The notes under the pieces were generated by a model. The model searched no databases, was not told where the DNA came from, and saw nothing but the letters and a program-made list of their open reading frames with translations. From Paragordius varius (Eukaryota > Animalia > Nematomorpha), in NCBI GenBank assembly GCA_964247055.1, contig OZ176050.1, forward strand, positions 4,836,001 to 4,900,000: a DNA stretch of 64,000 nt, given 5' to 3'. Shown here one piece after another: positions 24,451 through 37,805 of this stretch. A program made the translations under genes and the position numbers. How positions within the stretch are numbered: position 1 is the first letter of the stretch; the number at the start of each line of letters is the position of its first letter.

Positions 24451-26459
24451 AAATCTTGATATATTTTTATTAAAGGCGCCATGTACATATCAAAATCCAT
24501 TTGATCAGGATTTAGTTAGGCCCGTTTATATCAAATTTGCTAAGAGTATTTTATCAAGCGCAGTGTTAAAAGTTGTGTTGTTGAAACTCATTTTTATACC
24601 TTAAAATATATCATGAAATATCGTAATAAATAGTTAAGTTATTTGCTTGATACATAGGATATCCTATTAAAAAAGTTATCACAAGTCATTTACCAATTAT
24701 TATCATATATCATCCTTCATTGTGATAACATATATATTAATTGCACACAAATTACTTAATCGATCAATTTAATACAAATTATAACAAGTGTAAATTGCAA
24801 GTTATGTAAAACTAATCACAAATTCGTTTATCAATCAGGTATAATCATATAAAAAATTATCAATAATTTATTAACATATATAGGCATGATATCTTCAATA
24901 CTTTTCATCAAATAATTTTGCTAATAGTGACTTAGAGAAGTCACAATATTTTTCGATTCCGTTTTAACATCAATCTATCAATAAGATGATATATTACGTA
25001 ATTATAGGTTATAGAATGACCGGACATCCTTGTGAGATATGTCGTCAAGTTCAGTTGACAATAAATTATATTTAAATGCACACCATTTATATAAAAAAAT
25101 ATATTCTTGCCTTCCACACCTACCATTCATCATTGTTTTATATGAATAATAATTAGTTTTTAAAGTAATAGTAGTCATTACAGGTATATTTATAATATTT
25201 TAACGTAATTTATCATTTTAATTTATTTTTACTAAATGTATCATTATATAACATATTGTTAATGATTCATTTTTTAATTTTAGTCAGATTCTTTAATAAA
25301 GCAACTTTAACATCTTTGTGACTAGACTATAAAATATACTTAATTATTATATAAATACGATTTCAATTATTGCACATGAAATAAATTAAAAATTTGTTTA
25401 AAATATATTATTATATATAATGACATATTTATTAGCTTAACAGTTGGGTAAGAGTTTTTCGAATTATTTATCCACAAAGCGTGGCTTAATATCGAAACAT
25501 ACAATGTATTGTAGACATAATTTTGTTTTACCAAAATATTTTCGAGTTATATTGAAATAATAATATTGAATACTCAATAAAAATTTTGTATAAAACCTAA
25601 GTGGTCGTTGATAAAAAGTTGTGAAACTTTTTGTATATATATTCTTGTTAAATTAACATTTAAAACAAACAGGTATTAAATTTAGCAAACAGTTTCATTA
25701 TAAACATTATCCATTTTGTAGATACCAGAAGTAAGCGTCAATGTGATTCAGTTGAACACAATAGCTAACAAATAAATCGGTTTTATCGATAATATCAATA
25801 AGTATAATAGAAATGTTTCCAATATTTAATTTTTTTGTGAATTGATCCTTTTTACCTATTTTTATAAAAAATATTTAATATTTTTTTTTTCAAAAGTCCC
25901 GAGATAGTTTATTAATTAGGGCTCCTTTAAAACTTTTGTTTTATTCGTATGCAATAATAAATATAACATTTACCAACATATCATCTATAAAATATCCATT
26001 TTTTTCACAGTATGTGGAATATATTTTGACTACAATCGATTTTAACATAATTAAAAGCGAATTTTAAATTATAATATAAATAATAATTTTTAAAAACGAA
26101 AGTTATTAAAAGCAAATTGTTTAACAATAATATATATATATATAATATATACAAATACAGATATTGCAAATGAATTTTAATTTAATTATTTATCTATCAG
26201 AAAAATACATAAAACGTTTAGATAAAATAAACGAAACTTATCATTTCACAAAAAATAATGGCTTTTTTTAAAATATAATCTATTTTTGTGTAAATGATCG
26301 AAAATGCATAATATGGAATTTAAATGGATAAAAACATGTACCCGTTGACGGACATATAATTAAATTAAAAACCTTAAACCTTATTAATTATTTATTTCCA
26401 GTTTTATTCTAAAATTTTTGCCAAAAATGAATGAAATAAGTATGTATTTAGGACAAAAA

Positions 26460-26640
26460 TTTTTTCGTAACATCCAGATAAAAGGTGAGATGGCTTCTGA
26501 TAAAACAGAAAGATATTGCCAAACGTTGGCGAATATCATAAAAGATATATAAAAGATTGGCCAATAATACGGGGAATTATTCTCAAAAAATAGACAATTA
26601 ACTATGAAGAGTTTTTATTAAAAAAGCTTCACTCTTAAAT
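26460..26640 (+). pseudogene. Possible pogo/Tigger transposase remnant
   Basis: Translates to FRNIQIKGEMASDK..RY..LANII, resembling the Tigger segment before the first catalytic Asp. Interrupted by stops. Confidence 0.35.
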
Positions 26641-29600
26641 GGCAAAACATGATGGCGCCATATGAAAAAGTTAGATCAATGAACATGATACCAATCGTTA
26701 ATGACGATAAACTACAAATGTATTTAAATAAAAAGATAATTTAATTTTTGTCATTTTTTAATCATATTTTTTTCAATAATAAATCTTTGACTATCAGTTA
26801 GCTTTGGTGTGCCAAAGGCATCGAACCCTGCGAATTTATTTCGCACAGAAGTTTTTTTCCATTTTTTACGATACTAAAAATGGTTAACAAAACTGATTTA
26901 TTGTGAAATTTTTTTATGCCCTTCCCGGTACCTATCTGTATCGCTAATGTATAAATATTTTCTAATTAAGTTACAACCTTTATCCTGGCTATTATATTGT
27001 TTAATATAATAAATACGTTTCGGGTTTTGACCCTTCAACCCTCGTACCAAGAATAAACAAAAGACCTATTAGAACTCTTGTACTCTAATAAACATAAATT
27101 GACAGTCAACATTTAACTTGAATTGGCCCACATGTTTTTTCCAAAAGCTTTAAACCCGAAATTTTGCATTTTTTGATATATAGATGATGACCATATTACG
27201 AAAACGATATTCAAAAACTTTTCATACTCCGACTTTTTTGGATTTAATGTATTTTTACGGTCTGAACCCAATAACATTAAAAAACGGTACGTTTGGCTTA
27301 ATTTTATACAAATGGTCCATATTTTTGAAGAAACATATTGTTTTCTCGTTAATTTGGATAAGCCCAGGTATAAATATTAAAAAACTTCGTTAGCTCTGCG
27401 ATAAGAAAAATTAACTGGTTCGCAGGGCTGTGATGGTCATTTTTAATAAAAAATGCTTCAAAAAGGTTAAACCTCAGGATGCCTATGATTATTAAAATGT
27501 TAGTTTTTTAATGATACATTGTTTCCAAACGGTCGAAATTAAATGCTAATCTTTTTAGCAGAAAAATTGCCTTTAATGCAATTTATATAAATTTTATCCG
27601 ATATTTAGAATAAGTTGATCAAAGTTGGACTTTATAATTTGATGTTAGTTATTAAAAAATTGTAATGATCGGGGATTCATTTTTAGAGTTTTTAGATAAT
27701 AGGGTTGTTTATTTTGTTAATTATTTACATGCAAACAAACATTTTGTTGAATATATAAAATCTTTTGATGATTGCTCAATTTTTTTGAGGATTAAGACTT
27801 AGAATAATAAAATTAAATCCCTAATTAGGTATTACCGAAAAATATTATCATAATCTAACAATTCCAAACATATCACATAACCAAATGAATTTGTATTTGG
27901 CGCTCACACATTTTAGAAAGATAGTCAAAATCCATCTTTCGTTTAATTTATATGGAAAAAAGCTAATTTTGATTCTTGTCTGTTAAAAGTGATGTACAAT
28001 CTCCTGGCACAGGGATGGAAGTTTCACTTGGAATCATTAGAAACACCGAATAAGATTTCGCACATTTTAAATTTTTTACTTCTTTTTTGGAATCATCATT
28101 ATCAAAAAAAAGAAAAGAACCGATTATATTAATTCTCTTTTAACGTTTTACTCTATTATTTCAATAATAATAATCTAGCCAGAAAAGGGTGTCGCGGGCG
28201 CGCTCTTTACCACGGTTGTCGACCGAATTACGGATTTTCTACGCTTTTGCACGCTTCAATACAGGGGGCACTCTTTGCTTTTTCGTTTCTTCTATGGAAT
28301 ATATATGACCCTTATAATTTTGTTACCCACCCTCTAAAATTATTCTTCTCTTTTATATGGTAGTAAAAAATTAAAACATTTATATTTAGTTTTTAATTGA
28401 CACAAGCTAGAAGGGAAGCCAGCTTTTGTGATGCACAAAGTATATGATCTCGCACGATTATATTGAGGTCCAAGTTTCAGTTATATAAATTTTGATTTGT
28501 TGGATTATGATTCGTTACGCTTATCTATAATGTTGTACTTTACTCATATGGAAGGAAACCGGTGTTGTTAACGTGATATTATATGAAATGGGGCTCGTCC
28601 AGATGTGTGAAAATGTCAGGAATTTCAAAACTGCATTTCCATTATCATTGTCGATACTAAATAAGTTTTGTTAAATTTTTCATAGATCCTTTATAAAATT
28701 TAACTCCTTACCTTTCTTTTATAAAACAAAGGAGAAATGAGACATTGAACTGTGTATATTTCTTTTTATTTGGAATGAGTAGCGTCAGCATGGGTTGACT
28801 AATTATATTTTTTTTCATTATGGTATTATTTCATTGTTTTTGCTTAAGTTATAGATATCAAAAAATTCAGTTTGCAGTCTTCGAAGCATAAAAAATTGGA
28901 TTATTTTGATACAGGTAAATTGGTCATGATGCAATATTAGACCAAATCTATTCAAAAAAATTCAGATAGGGACCACCTTATTTGTTCTTTGTGAATATAA
29001 TTACTGATTGAGGTTTTCAGAAACGGCACAAAAAAGTTGTCTTATTACATAGTCTGCAAATTATTTGTGATAATATCTTGATAAATTAAATATTTTGTTT
29101 TTGGATTTAAGCCTTAAAAACCTATTAAATTATATCCTTAATACATAAATGGACGACAGTAAATAAATTAGCTCTAAGAATGGAACACAGTCTTACAAAG
29201 TGCTTAATGAAAATTTAAAAGTATCCATCAAACTTTTTAATGAGTGACAATCACCAAAAATTTAGCGAGCCATATAAAAAGTTTTATGCACGCCACACTA
29301 CTTAATAAAATTAAATTTTAAAACAGGGTCAGAATTGCTGATTACTAAAAAACAATATGGTAGATATGTGGATATACTTTGGTAGAAATAGTCAAGGTCA
29401 TTATTAAGGCAATTGAACTAGTCACTTGTTTAATTTCATTCCTTGTAAAAGTAGCGCTTGTTATTATAAATTGAGCTCAAAAAATATTTGCAAATCTGCT
29501 CCCATGTATTTTATTTATAATGCCAACGCATTTGTAAAAATTAAATGAGTTTAGTAGCCCCACTTATAGTGGTAAAATAAATAACTTTAATTTGGTCAAC

Positions 29601-29791
29601 GTTGTTTGGAATGGACAGATGTATTTAGTGTTAATTCTTCAAAATCATTTTCAATATAGTTGGCAAATGCAATTGAGTAGCCGCATCCGGAGGGCATAAT
29701 ACAACCCTAATTTTATACCTATTTAAGGTTTTTTTAAAGAATATATCTAGGTTATACTATCTATTAATTTTTATTTATCAGTTAAGCTCAT

Positions 29792-30600
29792 CACAGTGTC
29801 CACAAATGGTCTGATGAAATATATATATTCTGACAGGGAAATAGGAAACTTATGGTGCTTTTGATTTTGGCCCTTACAAGTGATTAAAGTAACTGCTCCA
29901 TATCAGAAAATGGCAAAATTCGGTCACATTTTTTTGCATTAATTTTTTTTGGTGAAAGCTATTCATACCAAAAAATTACTAAAATACTGTATATATTACA
30001 ATGGGAGTCACACTATAGTAGGGGAATTCGCAACACAGGAGTGTATAAAAAGAAGGAAATAAAGTTTATTCAACATTTTATAGTTTTTTCCATGAATTAC
30101 TGTGTTCCAAATTACCCAACTATAGTGTGAAATAAGCAACCATTAAAATACATACTGTATATCATAAACTACATATAAAAACCAAACAATAATTTTATAA
30201 GCATTTATTTAGATGTAGGCTCCAAAAGTCCAAAAATATTTTGTCTTAAGAAAACGCATAAATGCCGGGATTGCGTGATAAAAATTTAATATATATGCTA
30301 ATTGATATCAACTAAAAGTATTGTTAAAAAAATTTCAATTTTTTTTAAAAATTTAATCTTAACAAAATTTTGTTGAAGCGTATTACATACTATTTTGAGG
30401 CATGATAAAAACGGTATTAAAATGCTTCAAAATATTATAAAAACATTATCTATATATTTCGATAAGGCAACATTTTTCTCACCACTGAATTTCGATCAAA
30501 ATACACTGGAAAACAAATTTTTCTGCCACTCGTTTTTTGCATTTTCTGATAGTATTATTTTAACACTTGGATTCAACACATTCAATTTAGTTCTTCGATT
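29792..30600 (+). mobile_element. Partial copy of the foldback MITE family seen at 190-1253
   Basis: Starts CACAGTGTCCACAAA; shares ATATCAGAAAATGGCAAAA, TTGGTGAAAGCTA, CCAAAAGTCC and TTTTGTTGAAGCG blocks. Confidence 0.65.
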
Positions 30601-31299
30601 CAAATTGGGGTAGTTGGATACCCCAGGCCTTTGTAAAGCACTAACCTAGTTTTAAGTTCCATCGCTTATTTTATATTCATTAATGCCTAATTAACTAAAT
30701 ACAACAGGAAATTTACATTTTAATTTAAGTCTCTACATGCTTCAGACAATTGTTTACAATTATCTATTATTTATGTTTAGCATCGCCATTACAGAAAGAA
30801 AATATCTTTTAAAGTAAGTTTTTGTAATTTATAGGCTTATAAAGATATATACTTGAATATCCTTATGTGATTGGACAGTTATTGAATCTCGAGAAGCAAC
30901 TATACAATTAGTCTTATAAATTTTGTAGAGATTTGCTTATATCAAAAACATTCCACGTACTTTCTAAAGTATATTTTACATTTAGGTTTACTATAAAATA
31001 TAGTATTAACATCATGAGAGAAACAGAATACACTAAGATGGTTTTGTCAACAGGTCATCAAAATTTATATAAATCTTAATCTCCCAGAATAGTTCTGCCG
31101 AATAATTTTATATTTGATGCTTTATATCTAATCATGTATTTTTATTTATTCTACGATCTCAAAATATATAAAAAATTGCTTTTTGCCTCCTAGAAGTAAA
31201 TCGTTTATTAGATCAGTTAAACTTACCGCGGCCCGGGCACCTCTATTTTAATGCCAATATTAGATTATTTTTTTGTGATTGTTTAAAAAATATTGCTAA

Positions 31300-32030
31300 T
31301 TTCTCATTTTTTAACCCTTCAAAATTTATCTGGTTTAATAGGTATTTCGTTTTCGATCCAAATATTTAATTTCCAAAACGATCTTGTTGTTTTGTCAGCT
31401 TGCATAAAGGCACATTAAAATAAAAATTATTTTAAAACACATAAAGGTATGACGTTAGATTGGCCTGTTATGATAATCAGATTTGTCAAAATTGGTCAAT
31501 ATTATTTGTTATATGTTATTCTCAATATATGTAATATTTATCGGCATTATATTGTGGCCATAGATAAAATATATTGTATTTGGCCCGTTAATTTTGGTGA
31601 GTATTTAGAGTTGTTTGATGGATAATCACAACGGATTCCGATTTAGCATGGATCGATAAATATAGTATAATAAAATCTTATTTACAAATAATTTATTTAA
31701 ATTATTTCATAGTTTGTGCATACAATTTAAGAGGATCGCAATAAATGATTGTTTTTCTGTTGACATGCTTGGCAAAATATTACATATTTTTTGGGAACAG
31801 ATCCACCCAAATAGCACCTTCTAGAATATATAAGTATATAAACCTTTTTGGCACATTAATATTATTGCAAACCGTTCTAAAGCCGAAAAAGATTATTTAA
31901 GGGACCATGTATGATTTGCGCAAGCCCATAGCAATCAAGATACCTAAATTTGTATATAGATAATATACCTGAAAAGGCATCAAATTCTTCTATGTTCAAA
32001 TTAATCTAGTTTTCCGATTTTCATAAATTT
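31300..32030 (-). pseudogene. Possible piggyBac transposase remnant, heavily decayed
   Basis: Fragments EEFDAFSGILSI, PKRFIYL and KYNIFYLW..NADKYYIY appear in the order expected for piggyBac transposases. Many stops and frameshifts. Confidence 0.3.
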
Positions 32031-32526
32031 TTTACGTCTAGGTTATAATAAAATTAAATAATTTAAGTGGGTCCTGGATAATTGATTTGAGCCCGGAGAT
32101 AAAACGAATTATATTGGATTGCTAGATTTTCCATTATATTAAAATCTAAATAAAATAATTTTATACCTGATTTCGAAGATGAGGAGTCATCCACATTATA
32201 ATCTCTGCTACTATCAAAATTATCTGAAAAATCTTCCATAACAAAAAAATAAATGCCTTGTAAAGAAAAATACTTTAAATCAGTGGTACTCACCAAAAAA
32301 TTTGTCGGGCCAAATAAAATATATTTTTTTTCGAGGGCCATGAACCTTAGAATGCCAAATATTCCATAGTTGACACATATGGACTTTTTAATACTCTAAA
32401 TCAGCCAATGGTTTTTGTGGATCGCATAATCCAGCTAAAAACTCGTTTTACCATTTAGTTTAAAAAAGTAAAATATTTTGATAACAACACTATTGGACAT
32501 TAACCAATAACTTTTGACAAATTCGG

Positions 32527-33700
32527 TTACGCCTCATGACAGGACAATCTTAATACGTCGTCCATATGATCATCGGTTAGGCGATTTCCGCATGTATTTT
32601 TAACATACTTCATTTTTGAATATGCCGTCGAACACGTGTAAGTTGAGGGAAAAACAGTTAGAATAACTTGAGCACATTTTATATTTTCATATTTATTTGG
32701 CACATAAAATTCTACATATCTTTCTTCCCTACGATTCTCCTTGAATATAGCCCCAAATTGGAATCATTTAAAATCTACGAATTCTTTAATGAAATGCGCC
32801 TGATTCCCAAGTTGCTTAATATTGGATATATCCATATGCCATGTATTTCAACGTGTTTTAAGCAATTTTTAATATTTATTTTGATATCTGATCATTTCAT
32901 TAGATAAAAATATTAAATGATTGCCTATCATTAAATTAATCTCCTCGGTAAATTCCATATTTTCGTCATGAGTTTTAAGTGTTGGAAAATATAGGAGTGT
33001 TTTATTTATAAAATCTTGTTATTTTAGTTTTTTTTCAGAAGCAAATATATGATTAGCAAATTGATTTATTGAACTTGTATTAAAAATATTAAGTTTATAA
33101 GTAATGTCGCAAAGGTGTAAAAACCGACCATTTTTCACTATTATTTTCATCGTCAAACCTTCCGTTATCTTTTAAAAATAATGGAATTTCATGAAACAGA
33201 AAATCTTTTTAATACTTTGCTAAGGCTTAGCCATCTCACAGCGGTATACAAAAGAATATCATCAAACTCGCTGTGGATACCTTTCAAAAGGTTTTCGAAA
33301 CAGCGGATGAATTCTCTGCAACGGATGTGGTTAGCTATATACACAACCGTTTTAATAACTGAATAAAGTGATTCATCTTTTACATACGAAACCAAGTTTT
33401 GCTGATGAATAACATAGTCAAAGGATAAAATATTTTGCAAATTATTTGTTTTTCAAAAGAGCAATAAATCCTTTTTATTCCTATCATTGAGGGACAGCTA
33501 TCTGTGCAGATCGAAACCAATTTTTTCATAGATATACCATTATTATCGAAAAAAGTGCTGATTCGTGAAAACTTTCTTTCGTGGTATTATATTTTTGTAA
33601 AAATTTTAAATATTCTTCGTTGATTATGTTGTCGTTGAAAAATCGTACGAATAGCGCACATTGAGGTGTTGAACTAATATGAGTGCTAGAATCAATAGCA
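32527..33700 (-). pseudogene. hAT (Buster/Charlie, GTF2IRD2-like) transposase remnant
   Basis: ICTDSCPSMIG (TDG-PxMxG), YVIHQQNL (CxxH region), EFDDILLYTAVRWLSLSKVLKRF, and dimerisation domain FPSTYTCSTAYSKMKYVKN..NRLTDDHMDDVLRLS. Confidence 0.8.
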
Positions 33701-34344
33701 ATACTAAAATATTTGCAGTTTTTGCCAATAATGTATTGTTAAAAATATATTTAGACATATCTTCAATGCGTCGATTGAATCAGAAAAGTTTTTTAATTTG
33801 CCTCATGATTTGATCTTTATTATATAATTTATCAAATACAAAGTGCAACCATTTATTAAACATTATTTTATTAGTTGGGAATGGTTTTATATTTTGTCCT
33901 AAAAAATAGCAAATTTTATACAAAGCTAATGTTAAGGCTTTTTCCTGATAGAAAGCCATGGATATAATAGATTTTTCTTTCTGGTTTAATCTTTTTGTAT
34001 TTTTCGTTTTCCGCATTCTGTTAATTTATAAGAAATTTGGATTGTAAAATGTCTTTTAATATTGTATTTTTTTATTATTATGTTTCCTTACATATAAGGC
34101 AGGTAACAATATTATAATTTAAAACAACAAAGAATTTTTCTTGCCATTCTTTTTTATCGATTTTCATCGGATAATTTGAGTTTAGCATTCATTTGAATTT
34201 ATGTTTAAATACTAAGTAATCCATAAAATAGGAATATATTTTGAATTATGCTATAAAAAACAGGTCGAAATTTATTTATGTTAATTTGAAAAATATTTTA
34301 TAGGAATGAGTTATAAAAAATGATATGCAGGATAGCAATGAAAA

Positions 34345-34345
<1 letters not shown>

Positions 34346-34396
<51 letters not shown>
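34346..34396. repeat. (TA)n microsatellite
   Basis: About 25 perfect TA units. Confidence 0.95.
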
Positions 34397-34399
<3 letters not shown>

Positions 34400-36896
34400 A
34401 GTTTGGGTGAAAGGCTTGCTTAAATACAAAAAAATGCAATAAAAATTTCAAAATAGAAAAGAAAATAGAATACAGAAACAACGTGCGCAAAAATTTTGAT
34501 ATCATTTTAATGTAGGGAAATTTTTCTACATTTCGAATTGGTTAAATAATAATTTCCAAAATTTAATCTAAAGAAAACAAATTAATATTAAAATAAAATT
34601 CGTTTAAGTGTATTTTAAAAAAAATAAAAAAATAATTTAAGAAGCACTCTTAGGGCCGCGGTTTAAGTATCAGTGCTTTAAATGATATGTTTGAAGGAGG
34701 TGGGATTCTTTAAAAATAATATGTATTCTGATAAAAAAATTCAAGAATAATTCTGGCGCCAACCAATTCGAGATGAAAATTTTTTTAAAAAAATAAATTT
34801 CATTAAGTTATTTTTTATATAATTTTTATATAGATAGAAGGATGAATTTAAATTAGGGCAATTCTATTGAATAGTTTTTTGAGAATACTAATTTGGAAAA
34901 GGTCTGGGGTATTAAGATACCCCAATTGGAATCGAAGTGTTAACAGTAAATCTGAAATAAAAATTATAACTCCACGTAAGAATTTTGTATATGCGCCCTC
35001 TTTATCAAAATTTTACTAAAAAATGTTTTTCTTTGAAAATATACAAGTAATGCCCATTTGTAATATATTATTGGAAAGAGTAATAAAAACTCTATAAAAT
35101 GCATTCTAATATGTATTACATCGACAGATAATATTGGACACAGAGAGCGACAAATGCGCGAAGCTAGTTTTTTAATATATTTTTAATGGATGAAAATAGC
35201 TCAAACTTTGTCTTAGGTGATAAATTTCCAAAAAAGATGACACAAGAAAGTTTTTTTGATCAAAACACTTTTTTATTGCTTTTATGTCATTCAAAACAGT
35301 CATTTTTAAGTTTTTTGTTTTTGAAATATTACCATCTCATCCATATTAATTTATTTTTACGAGGCTGATAATTTCGAAATTTTTAAGATAAAAACAAAGT
35401 TTAAGGTATTTTTAATCTTTCATAGCCATTATGTAATAAATTTACAGTTATAACTATGCATTTTAGTATCTACTAGGTAAAATATTTATAATAATAATAA
35501 TTTTTATTAAAAAAGCAAACCAAAAGCTTTTTCAAAAAATTTTTAAAATAAAATACTAACCCTAATAATTATATTAAAATAATTTATATGATTTTCATAT
35601 TAGTTTGACTGTAAAATCTTTTGACTTATATAGGGGTTGTAAATTTCGATCATATAAACCCTAATAACTTATACATCCGATTGATATAATGACTTACTAC
35701 CATTTGAAAGATACAGTTTTTCACGCTCTTTCGAATAATATAAAATACATGGCTTCATACCTAAAACTTTTATTTTTCAAAATTTCGAGTTTAATGTTAA
35801 ATTAAGGCCAAAAATTATCGATAAACTCTAATATAAAAAAAATTCTTGCATGCTATACCAATTTTCTTTTCAGATATACTAATTATGTACTTTACTTTAA
35901 TGAAATTAATTTTAAATTTACAAGAATGGCAGTTAAAAAAAGTCAAAATTTGTTGTCTAGTGATATCGTTGGTCTTCAAATTTATGTTAAATATAAATTG
36001 TTTTTACAAAAATTTACCATAATTTTAAAATAAACGCACCTACCTTTAAAACGGGGCGGTTAACACGCAGCCCTCTAAAATATTTATGCAGCTTACGAGA
36101 AATTTCAACAAAATTCTACAAAATTTAAGTAAAAATAAATTTTTTAAATAATTTCCGAATTTTGGCATTTAACTATAAACAAATGATAAAAAATAGTAAT
36201 TTTTGCAATTTATGTTTGAAATCTAATAAAATATTTGTTGATGCCCATATATTTTGCGAATGTGGCCCGCGAAGCCATTTGTGTTCACCGCTGTTTTAAA
36301 ATAAAATTCTGAAACGATAAAAACGTTGGCATAATATATTGAAGCATTTTTATACCGTTTCCATCGTCATATGAGATACGCTTCTAAAATTTTTTTAAAA
36401 ATCAAATTTTTGAAAAAGTATACAATATTTTAAAAATATTTTGAGTTAATATCAAGATTTAGCATATATTAAATTTTTTAAGAAAACTTACCAATTTAAA
36501 ACAGCAAAATAAATTGAGACTATCGGAGTCCACATCTAAAAATTAATATTATAAAAGTATATTTAAGTGATATTTTTTGCAATAAAGCATTTTGCACAAA
36601 AAATTTTATTTTCAATACTTTTAAGTATAATTGCGAGGTTTATCTCGCTCAATAAATGTCAATTTTCCATATTTAGCCAAAATTAAAAGGCATGATTGTT
36701 TTGAGGTATTCTTTTCAAAAAACCATATTTAAAATAAAAACATTGCCAGTTTTTATCTATTGTTTCTATATCCGCCCGAAAATAAAATTAAATGCTTAAT
36801 ACATAATAACTTATATTTTAAACAGCGCATTGGAGTTTTTTATGTAAATTTAGCCTCCCTTATTGACTAAGTCACATATTATAAAAACATTGTACA

Positions 36897-37067
36897 TACA
36901 GTAGCATTCTAAAAAGTTATTAATTATTGCCAAATAGCATATACAACAAAGGGCAGTATTATTGGCTAATAATAGTAAATAGTGAAAAAAATAACTATGC
37001 CCTTTGTTGTATATACTATATGGCAATATTAATAACTTTCTAGCAATGTATACTTACTCATACTGTA
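36897..37067. mobile_element. 171-bp Tc1/mariner-type MITE with long internal inverted repeat
   Basis: Ends TACAGTA / TACTGTA. Internal arms AAAGTTATTAAT..TTGCC..ATATACAACAAAGGGCA and their reverse complement. Confidence 0.7.
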
Positions 37068-37805
37068 ATTCATTATCATTGAAAATATTTATTAAAATTT
37101 GATTCTGCATTCATACTTAAGCTAAAATATTAAAACCAGTTTTTTCCTTAAATATGAATTAAAATTATGAGGCTATATATGTTCAAGGATTAATTATGTA
37201 TAAAGTGTTTTTATAATATTTGGATGTTTTAACAACTTTGATATGATAATATGCTTATCCTTTTTCTTGCAATAATCTTAAAACGATTTTATGTATAATA
37301 TCTAAACTTCTGCGCTCGATGAGCCCTAAAACAATAAATTTTATTTGAGGGAAATTTCGTCGCTTGGTACTGTTGACCTGTAGGTTTTTTATTTAAAAAC
37401 CTAGTATGATGCAAAATACAAAACATGAATCTACCTCAGCATAATTTTCGATTATATAAAATTTTTATCCATTTTTGCATTAACCAATACAAGATAATTG
37501 GATTCCACCAAAAATTACCATAATAAATATATCATTTAAATAAAATATTGAAAACTTTTGCCATAAATAGATGTAAACATTAGATTTAATTTGCCGTCCC
37601 TTAAACATACCTGAATATTTAAAACACATAAATAAACGACATTTATCCTTTTATACTTTTGCAGGTGTTACATAATATACATAATTACATTTATATACGT
37701 TGTTGTTATATTCAAAAAATGATATGTAAAATAATAATAAACCATAACTATATCAACAATATACATATTTGTTGAAATAAATTTCATTTCTATATGTCGT
37801 CATCT

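Noticed and set aside
26790-26835. GGTTCGATGCC B-box-like motif on the - strand
   Set aside because: No A box or acceptor stem.
29280-29480. Possible Helitron/PIF1 helicase remnant
   Set aside because: Similarity limited to a few residues; not supportable without a search.
29811-29860. CTGATGA followed by GAAA as another hammerhead
   Set aside because: No pairing stems I or II around the core; it lies inside a DNA-transposon MITE.
24941-36000. Short F/I/K/L-rich ORFs (24941, 27184, 30395, 32063, 33780, 34311, 35186)
   Set aside because: Composition typical of AT-rich non-coding DNA or MITEs; no splice-consistent chain or motif.
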